A stretch of DNA of 64,000 bases, taken from contig JAYWIR010000024.1 in the NCBI GenBank assembly GCA_036172245.1, positions 1,984,001 to 2,048,000 on the forward strand, read 5' to 3'. Source of the stretch: Raillietiella orientalis. Its lineage: Eukaryota. The position numbers and the translations under genes were made by a program. This document shows, piece after piece, positions 26,385-38,989 of the stretch (the stretch's first letter is position 1; each line of letters opens with the position of its first letter). The notes under the pieces were generated by a model. That model was not told the DNA's origin. It saw only the letters and a list, made by a program, of their open reading frames with translations, and made no database searches.

Positions 26385-28930
26385 TTTTTTACCCGGAGAA
26401 GCCGAGGCTTTTATTATCAAAATTTTACAAGAAACTTAATAATAAAATATGGTCTTTTTGTAATTTTTTTTCAGGCAGAACACATGGTTCTGACTGTCTT
26501 GGCGCACTTGTTCTTACCGACCCGCAGGCCGGTGAGGTCGTCTACACGGGCGAAGGGGGCTGGAAAACCAGAAAAAAAAGAACAAAAAACGAAAACACAA
26601 GAGGGAACAAAGTTTTATGGGAAGGGGAGGGAAGGCAAGGGATCACAGTATGCCGCGAGAAGGCCTCTGCATCCGGTTTCGGATGCGGGCAAGTGCCGGT
26701 AGAATTGTCCTTAACCGGCGCCATCGGGAGGCCTTCTCCATGGAGAGGACTGCCCAATGAATGGCATTCCGACTGCTGCGGTCTCTCCTTGACGCAGTGC
26801 ACTTCTCCAGGATTCCGCGTGTGCAGCAGAGAACTGCAACACGCGCGGCTGCTGGCAGGGCGTCCCGCATCATGAGGCGACGGAAAATGTCTTTTGGGTC
26901 GCCCACCGGAATGTTCACAATCAGCGAGAGGCGATCCCACATGAGGCAGAGGGCGACACATTAGATGAGGAGGTGGGGGAAAGTTTCCCGTTCCCTACAC
27001 TATGCACAACGGGCATCCATACTTCCGAGTGTTCAGTGAGAGAGGCGTGCTCTGCAAAGGAGTCCCCACTGCAGCACTAGCAGCGCTGTCTCCTGCCAAT
27101 CCAAAGGGAGGGTGCCGTTGTCCCAATGCGTTGGAGCCACTTCTCCTCCTCCGGAGGTATGCCGAGCAGCTTGCCCCAGCTCACAAGTCCATTATACAGG
27201 ACACTCGGGGTTGCAGCGTCCGCTAATTCCCGAGATGTCCACGCCTTCACGAGTTTTTTCCTGCCTCTGATGATGCAGGACACTTCCTGAGATGCCTCCT
27301 GTTGAGTGTCCCTAGCTTTGATTAGGGAGGGAAGCACGGGGGCAAGGGTGGTAGAGGAAGCCCACAGAAGTTTCTGGGGTTGGTAACGATCTCCCGCAGG
27401 GGCTGGCCAGCGTACCTGCCTTTACGAAGGCAGGAGAAGTCCACATCGCTGGAGCCGTTGATCCTTGCCCACGCGGAAACTGACTCCTGAAGCCAGGTAG
27501 TCCAGTTCTCGGGGACGCAAGAGATCCAAGAATTATCCCTCATCAGGGCATTTACGTCGCGCAGTTGAAAACCACAATGGTTTAGGCTGCATTCGTTAGC
27601 AACAAGGATTGAGGTCAATCCATTGCAGCTGGTTGCCCTATTGGCAAGGAGATGTGTCGGGATGTACCATGGCGCAGTCCAGTATCTCGCCAGAAGGGCG
27701 AGCTTGCGTATTTGGAGCTGACGCTCCATGAGCTCCATCGCCAGGAGACCGAGTCCACCGTCCCTGCGTGGAGCGCACAAGTCTTTATGCCGGACGCGGG
27801 ACCTCTGATCACCCCACAGGGCTTTTCTTAGGAGGCCCCGTGTACTTGTCTTGATCTGGGATGGGGCGGGGCAAGCAAAAAGTACAGGGCGAAAGAAGGG
27901 GGCCGCAAAAGCGTTCCACACAGCGACCCGTTCCTGCAAGTAAAACTTGCCGTCACGGAACGGGCCGATCGCCAACTCCAACTTTTGGAGACCATCGGAT
28001 CAGGCTTCTGCGGCGCAGAAGTCCCCCAACGGAGGTCAAGGTACTTAAAGCACCTGCCCGTGGGGATCCCCAAGCGGATCCAGTCTGGCCGTGCAGCTCA
28101 CGCCGAGCCGATGTGGATGATCGACGACTTCGCCATGTTCACCTCCAGGCCCGTCCCGTGGTGTAGCAACTCGAAGAACCCCTCAAGAGTGGAAGCTGGG
28201 GCGGACCCGGGGAGCAGCAGCAGAAGATCGTCAGATTGGAAGTTGACCCTCCGGGGTCCTTCAAGGAATTAAGGAGCCGTTCTCCTCCGGTTGGGAAAAT
28301 GGAGCCGCCCTGTATCGCATTCCATGGAGCTGGTTGATACCCCCGCTAGAGTTTGCCTCTCCAGAGTGTTAAGAAGAGCGCTGCTCCCTTGGGGAGCGAC
28401 GCTTCAGAGAAAATCGGGAAGTGTCCCTCCGGGGTTCTCTTCAAAGGAGCACCAGCAAAGAGCGGTTCCCTTGCGGGTTCCCTCCGGAGAAGAAATTCCA
28501 GGAGCGGACCCTTTCCGGATTCCTTTCGGAGTAGAAACGAGAGTGACCCCCACAAACCGAAGGGTCCATCCGGAGAGAATAAGGAAGGAGGTTCCCTTCG
28601 GAACAACCAGGGCGAGAGTTCCCTACCAAGAGTAAGAGGAACGGACTCCTTCTTCTGGAGTCCTTTCTGGGCCTATAGGGTGGTACCCCCTATGACTTGA
28701 AGAGTGGTACACCCTCTCGGGTGGCATGGACGGTGCAAAAGAAGAGCTTCGTGGGCCCTTCCTACGGGGGCGAACGGTTCTTCAGCACTTGAGGACGCTT
28801 TCCGGATTCATTGGGCGTCCCTTCGGGGTCATACCCTAACTTTAAGAGCTGCACGCCTCCTCAGGTGGCGTGGACGATGCTAAAGAAGAGCCTCGCGGAC
28901 CCTCTCTACGAAGGATAGCAGTTCCTAGTA
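26385..28930 (-). mobile_element. L1/Tx1-like LINE, longest copy (copy 3): 5' block fused directly to RT domain 5, then thumb, zinc finger and 3' UTR
   Basis: DDLLLLL...GTGLEVNMAKSSII, FKYL, LCAPRRDGGLGLL and the family C-terminus; frameshifted; short A6 tail at 26385-26390. Confidence 0.88.
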
Positions 28931-29330
28931 CTTTGCGGGGAAAGTAGAGAAGGCGCCTGTCTCCTCCCATTGTATATCGCCTTCCCCGTTCCTTCTGCAG
29001 CTCCTGGATGGAAAGGAAACCCAAGCGCAGGCAGTTGCCAGGATAACGCAGCGAGTTTCCAGGACTTGAACATGGGTGCACATGCAAGAGAAAACACAGC
29101 CCAGGAGAAGAGTCCTTCTTCCACACTTACGAGATCCCAGTTCTCGCAGAATTTCAAGGAACCCCTGCACCCTTTCCAACGCATTCGGAGTGGGCATGTC
29201 CTTATACTTTTCTGTGCACATGTGCGCGCTGGAGATTCTCGTGATTGCGGCCGGATCCGTATTCTCCTCATGTATCGGGATCCCTCAGGATATTGTAAGA
29301 TGGTAGCACTTAGCAGGGATGTTTACGATG
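28930..29330 (-). mobile_element. Possible Ty3/gypsy RT-connection remnant
   Basis: IRPQ..EKYKDMPTPNALERVQGFL and DIQWEETGAF resemble KVxAIxxMPxPxxxxxVxxFLG and FxWxxExxxAF. Confidence 0.4.
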
Positions 29331-30419
29331 CGAGCAGCTGATGCAGGGAAGTAGCACTTTTGAAAAGACAACTTTTGCACATGACAATCAATTTGCGGCT
29401 CTTCCGGAAACGCTTTCCAGTTGCCGCTTTCCAAGGTTGTGGTCGACCAACGCAGTCTGCTCCACTCACGACCAATGAAAACCAGAAAGCAATCTCGAGC
29501 AGCGCGTCCTCCCAGAATCCAAGTCCACGTAGCTCGTCGTCTCTTGCCGCTGTTTCACGAGCGCGGCTGGCTTTGCGCGCGGAGGCTCGCTATCCTGTAA
29601 CAGTGCAAAGGGAGTTCAGGCTAGAAGGGGGATGATCCCAATTCTTCGGAGATTCCTGTCGGAAACTTCGATGTCTATTCCAGGCCATGGGACGACCGGA
29701 TAGCGCACGATCCCGCAGATCAGTTCTGAGCCGGTGGCACACGATCCTGGAAAAGAGGTGCTTCGAGATGAGCGTTGCCTGAGGCAGGGAAAGCATGCGC
29801 TTCGAGAATCGAGAGGGTCAGGAAGCATGGAGAAGTCCCTTCAATCGATGTCCTCCTCTCCAAGCATCTGAACAAGAAATCGAGCGGCTACACATGTGTG
29901 ATTCTTTGCAGCGGGAGAGACGCGTCGGTTGTCAAGCAACTGCTGCAAGTTCCGTACCGCGCCGTTCCCAAGATCTTCCGTCAAGTTTTTCTCGAGATGC
30001 ATGGTGAGAGAATGCGACACTACATGAGCTCCTCGTCTCTCACCAATGTAAAAGACACGTGAGATCAGAAATGCAGCATCCTACGCAGGCCTATTTGCGA
30101 AGCCTCTTGCCTATCAACAGTACAGTCAAGTCCACTTATGAGGTATCCATAGCGCTATCTGAAGGTCTCTTCTCGGATCAATATGATTCGTACAACAAGA
30201 CCGATTTCCCCTGACCTATAAGGCAAGCATTCCGTGAGCATGGTGATTGTGGGGTCCGCAGAAATTTCGTTCTTCCTGGAATCTGCTTTGCTCAGCCACC
30301 TTCCACATTGAACTCTTGAACCGTATGCTTTATCGTCAGGGAGATCAGTCGGATGGTGGTTCACATTTTGGTGGCATCAACAAGAAATTTCTTGTCATGA
30401 GGCGAACAGAGAGAGGATT

Positions 30420-30525
30420 TGCTTCATCGCCCTTAACCTAACTTCACTTCACCTTAACTCGCAAACCCTATCCTACCAAAATCAACTTCACATCGCCTAA
30501 CCTCACCTATCCTAACCGACCCAAG
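30420..30525. repeat. Degenerate (AACCT)n / TTAGG-like pentamer tract
   Basis: aacct aactt cactt cacct ... cctaa cctca cctat cctaa. Confidence 0.6.
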
Positions 30526-30684
30526 CTTCTTAGCACTTCAAACAAAAATGCAAATCTGAAGACTTCCAGCACTGCATGCTTGCCACACTTCGTCCTTGAG
30601 GATGGGAGGTTTTTATTAGAATAGGACCAACGGGAGCAGAAACTCTTAGTGACTCCCGGATAACTCTGACTTGATCGCAGAAGT

Positions 30685-30915
30685 GGTGGTCGCCATCATC
30701 ACCTCGTCACTACCATCAACCATCGATCACCATCAGCAGAAACAGCACCGCCTCCATCGTCATCGTCGTCATCGCCATGTCAGCCGTCGCCATCCCAGTC
30801 ATTGACCATCGATCACGAGCATCGCAATCCACCGTCTCGTAAGCGTCATCATCAGTGTCATTGAGCATCGATCGCGAGCACCATTGTCGATCACCGTAGC
30901 CACCGTCGATCACCG
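30685..30915 (-). repeat. Dispersed (GAT/GAC/GGT)n low-complexity element, related to the copies at 41525-42600
   Basis: Shares the TGATCGATGGTTGATG motif with those copies, in opposite orientation. Confidence 0.65.
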
Positions 30916-33900
30916 GCCGCACCCTTTTTCCGGGACAGCTGGCGCTCGTCGAGGTGGAAGGGACGGCGTCGCCTCCCTGCGCCCACGCCAGCGACCAGAG
31001 GGACCTCGCGCTCCGAACGGGAGGGAAGCCCGGCCCGTTCGGGCATGCGTGGTGGCGCGCCTCGACGCAGGAAGGGTGCCGGTTGCTGCGGCAACGCGCA
31101 AGTTGTCGTGAACCCGTCCGGGTGCGCTCGCAGCGACTAGGCGACTGGGGTGGTCCCGAGGCGAGGCCGGCCCTGGAAACGGGTAGATGCCGTGAGCGGA
31201 TCAACTCCGCCTAGCTCCCGAGGCCAGGGCGTCGCTGTCTGGCAGAGTGGCGGCGTCGGGCGGGTTGCGCCGACCTCTGCGGCGGCGGCAAACGCTCCGG
31301 CGTGGCGCCGAAGGTGAGATGAGGGTCCGGTTTCCATGGGGACGGCATCTGGGCACGGTCCGACTGATCCCAGGTCCCCAGAGAACTTCAACGGATTCAG
31401 ATTTTTCTGTAGTCCGGATAGAAGTCGAAACCGAGAAGTTCCCGAAGACATAGCAGACGGACAGAGTTTCCTTGGGAGCAGAAACGCAAAGATGCTTAGG
31501 GGGTCAAGAGGGAGGCAGGTTCAAGAACAGCAGACTGAGGTTGCAGAAAATAGCGTGCCAAGAACCATGCAGGAAGCGTGGTCAATCTGTTCTGTCAGAG
31601 TGACCACGGCACGTTCACGGATAACACGGCGAGGCAGTGGTCCGTGAATCGAACGCGAATGTCCAGGCTTTTCGCATAGGCTGGGTCAGGAATAGAAAGA
31701 AATGGGGAGGTTTTCGATTGGTTTCGAAGAAAGCGCTCCCACTGTCTGAAGCGACGCGACTTTCCTTTTCGGTCACGGACGCCAGCGCATCTCGATGGCA
31801 AGCGCAGGGAGTGTGGAAAGAACGGTCCAGATGGCTGCAAACAGCCATGGATCTGTTGAATCCTGTCCGGGTCACCGGGACAGTAAAAGAGGATGCCCAA
31901 GGAAACAACTCCTCACAAAGAGCACGAGACTGGAAATGGTCCTGAAGAGCAGCGAGCTCTGGAACAAGGACTTGGCCATGGAAATTTCGCTTTTCGTCCC
32001 ATAGGCCACCGAAGGATGTCTCCGGAGACGACAACATTTGACTGTCGGCGACTGCGAGCGATTCCCCACCAGCCGGAGCACAAGCTCCAGACTCCAAGGG
32101 CGCGCGACGCACAAGTCTGAAGGATTCTGGCAGGCTCAGGGAAACGTAGCAGACGAAGGTCATTCCCGAGGACCGAATGACTACATACCACCGCAAACCT
32201 TCGCAGAGGAAGCGATCAACTCGACGTGGGCAAGGACCTCCTGAACCCATGATCCATCGGGACTGCCCTGTGGAGATTCGAACGGCCTCGAAAATCCACG
32301 GAGAAAATAGAATTGTCGGTACACGGTGAGCACGGAGTGGATCTGCTACACTTTTCTGTGACCCCGCATCCTCCTTTCTGTGAATCCTCTTGTCCCCTTG
32401 TCCTGTGGCGCGAAGGAGGCCAGCGGAACCTTTCTCGCGTTGCGTTGGCAACAGCGAACTGTTTTCCTGCCTTCTAGCTGAATCGATAAATCCATCCCAC
32501 CTCGAGTCTTTGATTGAAAAGTCTTTGATTCGATAGTCAAGCCTCCCGGCTCTTTCAGTCGGAGTCATCGGAAAACCGTTGCCACGTGAACGCGCCAGCA
32601 CCCAGCATTAAGAAGGAAAGTTCCCAAGAGTGGGTGAATAGAAAGGATTATAAAAGAAGTAACAACATACCGCCCAACATCTTGTCGGTGCTGCAGGCCT
32701 GCCGCAGCTCGGTGTCTTTCCATTAGTAGCTGTTTGAAATCACTTGCGGATCCAACGACTTTTATTTTATTTTTTTTTTTTGAGAGTGCATTGTGTTCTC
32801 CAAACAGGAGATGACATTCCAAGCAGCAAAACAAGGCAAAAAAGGACAATTGGGCGTGAAGACATTTCGCAATCGGAAAACGGAACTGCTGCTTCCAAAC
32901 TTTCGAATTCGAAATCAGAAAAATTATTATGGTGAGATAAAGAGGAGTAGGCAAAACGGGAACAGCCGTGCTTTCCAAATAGCCACGGGCCAAAATTAAG
33001 GAACCCGGTTTTTTTCCTCGTTCGTTATATGGTACCGGATTTGACAGACAGGCGTTGGAACTGGCAACCCTTGGCACGGATGCAAATGAATGCCAAAAAA
33101 CTGGACGCCAAGGCGTGGATCCCTCTCTCTCGCCTTTTCCCGTCGGAATTTCAAACCATGCAAGTGCTGCCACGAACGTGGATGACGCAAAGGTTGCAGA
33201 AGAAACCATTTCATCAAGAAGTGCAGTGGGCGCAGGAGCCTCGTCAGAAGCAGTGCAAGAATCCTTAACCCCCGAAATAGGCAAGGGTGGTTGACCAGCC
33301 CGGCAAGCAGCTCCGTAGCGCCAGACAAATTGGATTCCCTTGCCCGAGCTCCTGGATTAGAATCTATCGGACCGATTCTTTCTTTTCTTCTTCCCGACGT
33401 CATCGTAGATTGCACCGTGGAACTGTGGAATTTTCGAGAGCTCCTTCTACTTTCCTTCGAATCCTTCGAGCGGTGGTCACGGCGGCGCTCGCTCTCGTTC
33501 TCGATTTCCCGTATTTTCATTTTCCTGTGCCGACGTGGCGTGGCGCGTGCACGCGCTGCTCTTCGCCGTGCTCGTCATTCCGTCGTTTCTCATGTCGGTG
33601 TGCGCTCATCGCATCACATGCTCTTGCCGTGCCACGCATCGTCGTGTGAGGAACATTTCGTCCGCAGATCCTCGAGGAGATGCCTCCCTGTGCTGCTCTG
33701 CCCTGGACGCCGCAGCGCTCCCGGACACTTTTCACCCGGCGGAGGGAGTGTTCGAGGACGGCCGGATCAACGATTCCGCCACGCGTTCGAGGCTCGACGT
33801 CCCCGCCCGCGCGAGCAGCGCCCACAGGGATGCTCATCGAGGAATCGTGTGGATCGGACATGCAGAGGATGCGGGATGCGGGAAGTGCTCGCGTTTATCC

Positions 33901-36179
33901 ATTGCCGCACTGGCAGCTCCAGCGTCGTCGCTTCCAGGTACGAAGCTCGATAGACCGCATCGGGACCTCCCACCGGCCTGGGCCACGGGGACGCGTGAAA
34001 GAGCTTCCAGAGGGTTGAAGGTCCCTTCTCGCTGACCTCCCCATCCGAATCGGCGGGCCCTGGCGGCAGCACTGAAGGGGTTACACGTAGGCGGACCCGG
34101 CGGAGAGAATCGTGGCTCCGCAGCCTCACTGTTTCGTTCCGTTGGCTTCCCCGGAGATTTGCGGGGGAGGCGGGTTTCGCCCGGGCGCGAAGGCGGGAAA
34201 AGAACCCCCCAGTGCTGGATCCTCGCCCTCCTCCGGCCGCCGTCACTCCCTGATCTCCCGACAGGAGTTCCAGCAGAGGAAGGCGAGGGGACGGGAAACC
34301 CCTCCCCAGGGATCCACCATTCCTCTGCGGGACGGGCCCAGGGAGACTTCCGGAAGTGGAAGGTTTAGGGAGGGCGTGACCCGGGCAACCGCGGCTGTGG
34401 GACCTGGGACGTCGCTCCGGAGGAACACGTCGAGACAACTCCGAAGACAAAGGAGAGGCGCGCGCAATAGCCCACCCCCGTCCGCGCCCGCGAGGAGGGC
34501 TTGCCCTAGAGACCCCGCTACCAGGACATCGAAGCCCGTTTCCTCCGAGTCACCTGGGTCCACGGTTCCAGAGGTCCTCCTTCACCTGGCGTCCTTGAGC
34601 GCCCTGGAGGAACAGTAGCCGTCCCTGACTCCGCCTGCCCCTCCGGGAACTCGGTGGCGTGCCTCGAAGACTCAACAGGCGGGAAGGTGATCGGAGGAAA
34701 CAGGAGTCTCTAGGAGCGCTCGTTCTCGGGATGCTGGGAGCGAGGTTTTCGGGCGCCGAGGGAGGGAAGGGGCACTTGGCGCAGCCGGGACGCGAAGCAG
34801 ATGCAGCGAGGGGAGGCGCCACTCGTGAGTAGCCCTTCCGACTCCCATGACCTCGGAGACTTCCGCGTTCTCTTCTGCCCCCGCCTCGCGCTGGGACGCA
34901 TCTCATGTTGCGCTTAGTGCCTTCCGGCTGAGTTTCGGAGCGCGTGCGCCGGATTTTCACCCAAATCCGTGACAGCCAGCCCCCCCCCCTCCCCTCCAGC
35001 GCTTCGGACTGCTCGCATTCTCTTCCGCTCCTCTCCGGCGTCTCTGCCCCTCGGCGCGTCTGTGCTAAAAAGCGCCGATGCAGGGAAGAGTTTCATCCAA
35101 TCCTGTCCGCCTGCTCCTATCCTCTTCGACAGGCCCTGTGGTCACGAAGGTTTCCCGCTGCTGACGACGGTGCAATGCCAATCGCTTCGCCCAAAGACTC
35201 AATCCCAGATGGCGGAAATCCCGAAAGATCGAAATCCCGAAAACGTGTGCAATTCATCATCTGCTGAAGAAGTTTCCATTTATGGAGTGTTGGAAACGAC
35301 ACGACAATGAACAAATTATATATATAAAGAAACAATGCTGAGAGTTTTTTTTATAAAAAAAAATAAAAAAATAGGAAACAAAAAAAACAAAAAAAGAAAA
35401 TTCGATATGTGGAAAGCAGAAGGATGGAAAGTGGCGTCCTCGAATCAGCGCGTCAATGGTCTTCATTCAACTCTGAGGCCAGGTCAAGACCAGGGCCAAT
35501 GGGGTGGTGGTGCTGCTTTCCCCAGGTCCGACAAGCGGTGGGGTGAATTTATTGAACAATGACGACAAAGGTACAATTACAACAATGTCAACAATTCGAA
35601 CTCGTTCGGTCACATCCCATCTGTGGATTCTCAGTTTCACACACGTTGTCCTTTTGTATGTCACCATTAGGATTGTTTCCTTTGGATTGGGTCACTGGAG
35701 GCTGGAGGGCAGTTCACTCGCTCGGGCCACGTCCACTATCTTTTGCAAGATGTAGCGGTACGTCCAGGCTGGTATCTTGCCACACAGTTCCTGATCCCTA
35801 TCTCTCGTTTCATCAGTCCCTATAATATGTTGAGGGATGGAGCTGTAGCCCCGTATTCCTCATCTTTGCCCTTCTTACCACGAAGCTCGTGATGGGGAGG
35901 GTGATGGTGAGACGAAGCATGGGTTTTAGTGCGGAACGTTCCTGTTCCCATTAAGCATCCCCACCAAAATCTGCACTCCCGTGGTCCTTCGCAGGCCGAT
36001 CACCGCCTTCAGCGTGCTCCAGTCCTGGCGCAGCGTCGGGCAAGTGAGGACAGGAAGCTGCCACACGTCCTCGCGGAGTTCTATTCGATGTTGCCAGTCC
36101 AGTGTCTTGTCCTGCTCCCACTCAGGATGTATCCATGGTTAAACAGGACGAGGTCACCCTGAGTACCTGGTGGTTTGGC

Positions 36180-36900
36180 ACCCGGTTCCTCTGGGGCGTC
36201 TATTTATATGAAAAATAAATACACAGGTCAGTGGCAGGACGCTTGGTCCTGCCACTTTATGAATATACGAAAAAGAACTTGCCGGCAACCGGCACGCAGG
36301 ACGGCAGGGTTCGCTTCGGTAGCAGAGGGGAGGAGAGGAGATAACAAAAAAGAAAATGAAACAAAAAAATATATACAAAAAGCTTGGGAGGGTTCGGGAA
36401 GGGATTACTATGTGCTGGAGAGCGTCCTCTGCACCCTATGCAGGATGCCGGCAAGTTCCTGTTTAAAGACTCCCAGATGGGGCCATCTTGACTCTGTCCT
36501 CATGAAAAGGACATCCAAAAGATGACGTCCCTGTCGTTCTGCCCTTCTCTGGCGTTGCTCCATGCATCCACGGTCCCGCAGCATAGGCAGCAAAGTGTTG
36601 CCAAGGATGCAGCCGGCGTGAGGAGTCGCTCAGGAAGAGGAGCTATAAAGCGTCTGTGGGGTTGCTCTCGGGGATCCGCAGGGATGCGGAAAAGCATTTC
36701 CACAAGGGATGGAGGGCCACACAATCCACCAGCAGGTGCGAAAGGGACTCTCTTTCGCTGCACCTGCTGCCTCTGGGGCTTGCACTTCCTCGGGTCCAAT
36801 GGTGTCGGCGGGTGTTGCACTGGAGGCCTTCCAATGCAACAGAAGGATCGCCGACTCTTGGGTGATGACGTTGGACATCGCTTAGCCCTCTTTTCCCCAG
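36180..36900 (-). mobile_element. L1/Tx1-like LINE 3' fragment (copy 4)
   Basis: ESLSHLLVDCVAL, TLCC, DAWSNAREG, ELAGILHRVQR and the family 3' UTR. Confidence 0.82.
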
Positions 36901-36949
36901 TCTGAGTCGCGGCGGGAAGAATTCATTGAATGATCAGAACCATACAAAC

Positions 36950-37900
36950 AAACAAACGTCGTCACTTTGGCGGCCGGTGAGTCTCTTGTCATATCCGTGC
37001 GGCCCGCGCGGGCAAGTCACTGACACCGTCCCGGTCTCACACTTCACCTATCCTCAGGCAGCGCAGGAGGGTACAGAAAGATACCCTCCCGCACGCACGA
37101 ATGCTGTCCCCTTCCTCAGGAACGAACGCGACCATCACCCGCAGGGTGGAGTTGTAGCGGGACGCGCCATCTCCTCCCCTCCTCCGGCAGTCCTCGCAGG
37201 ATTTCCAGTTTCGGTGCATCGTCCCGTCCGATGGCCTGCCGTACCACTTTCCGGTCCTGGACAAGGGTGCGGCAGGTGCAGACATGAAGTTCATCCTTGG
37301 TCGTCCCGCATGCCGGGCACTGTCATCGTCAGGGTTTCCGGTTCAGCGTCGGACCACATAGGATACCTCCGTGATAAAACATCAGGAGGCAATCCTGAAC
37401 GTCAGGCGGTAACGAGGGGCTGAATTGCAGGTTCAGCGGACCTGTCCCGCATCTTGCTCAGCGCTCCCGCTGCAGCGACACCGTCCGGTGTCTTCGCGCT
37501 GTCGGCTCGGGCGCTTACCCCGGACCACTGCATGACCTGGGCTTGTCAGAGCTCGCGAATTTTGTGGGTCATCTATCCTTCCGAGAGTCCTTTGCATGCG
37601 AGGACTCGCGCCGCGTATATGGCTCCGGTGTGGGTAGTCGCTCACAGTCACCCGTAGGGAGTTTCTTGTATTCTCAGAGCCGGGCCTTGCGCTTCCCAAG
37701 GAGCTTCGACAAGCAGCGGGATCACCTTGGTGAGTTCCTTATGTCACAGTTCTCGACTTCTAGGACTTTCTCCGACGACCTTCAATTTCAGCTTCTTCAA
37801 GAGGGTTTGCATCCTCGGTCAGGGATGGGGTCGACGACTTTCCATTGCCCGGATTGGAGTGACATAGAGGACACCAGGTCGCCATCGGCTCCATGTATGG
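36950..37900 (-). mobile_element. Possible very degenerate LTR-retrotransposon pol (RNase H end / integrase start)
   Basis: Only weak motifs: VMQW...AAAGALSK (like RW...ADALSR) and FVPEE. Confidence 0.25.
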
Positions 37901-37961
37901 GGCCTTCAGCGGCACCTGGAATGAATGGATTGAGGTACGGTAGCACGAAAATAGTTTGACA

Positions 37962-38291
37962 TCATCTCTGATGATGGTTAATGGAGTTTTTACTGGGCTC
38001 TGAAGTGACCTGAACAGAATGAGGCTGATGAGAACATGATGATGGATAGGTAACATTGGAAAGATGATTAATCTCTGGGTTCTGAGATACAGATGGAGAA
38101 TTGGCTTGGATGGTATTTAAAGATGGTTGCAGTGAGATAGCGGGTGATTGCGTTTGATTTGGGTGTGGTGAATGTTGCGATCCAGGCATAGGAGATGGAA
38201 TTGGATTCGGAGGACACGTAGGTGAAGATGGCTGATGGGCTGCTCCTAAGGAGTTTGAAAGTTGCATGGTAGTTGGACTAGGTGATGCCAT
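37962..38291 (-). pseudogene. Pro/Ser/Gln-rich coding fragment in a CpG-poor island (about 37940-38760); probable displaced host-gene piece
   Basis: 109-aa ORF with disordered-protein composition; sharp compositional boundaries against GC-rich TE DNA. Confidence 0.4.
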
Positions 38292-38989
38292 GATGCAAAT
38301 TCATACAAGTAATGAAAAATATCCATTAATTCATTAGGAAAAGAAGATCCCATATCATTATTGCAAAGGTACCCATCACCAATTCTACATTATGTCTCCC
38401 TCAGTTGAACTGTTGACACAAGACCCTCAAATCAGCCCTATTGTGTAGCTATGGCCTATCACTAAGTGTGAATGAATTCTCGATGTAGTTTTTTGTTTTT
38501 TTCAAATAAAATGTAATTGCCTTGATATTTTATATCTTCCTAATTCCTTAGGTCAGTAAATAGATAATTTTTTTTTCCGAACTGCTATCCTGACACCATA
38601 ATATTCTTTCATTTTGAATATTAATCTAATGCATTTTATAGATTCATGCTATTCTCCATACTTAGTTTACAGTTTGAACTCAATTTGATATTAAACGCCA
38701 GAGACTTCATTTTGCAGAGATTATGGCCAATTAGGTTACCAATCAAACGTGCTTTGTAAGCCTTGCAAACAGGCGAGGAAGCCTCCAGAATGCAAGTTTA
38801 CAGCACTTGTGACCCTAGCATCACCAGGCGTGAGACGATCGCACAATTTGTGATACGGAGTTCTATTTGTGATGCGGACGACCAGCCAGCAATCCAAGGA
38901 AGGAGACGTCGGTGCAAAGGTGCTGACCGCCATCACTGGAGCTGTCGGATCCCTCCGTGCTCTGGGTGTCCCGCGGATGGATGTTTGAA

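Noticed and set aside
31615..32601. 328-aa minus-strand ORF
   Set aside because: No motifs; the + strand has weak LINE-like traces (AFRIGWVR), so it is probably a shadow frame.
35264..35305. Hammerhead-like CTGAAGA-A-GTTTCCA..TGGAAAC-GACAC
   Set aside because: The core GAAA is GACA, and I found no convincing stems I/III or cleavage triplet.
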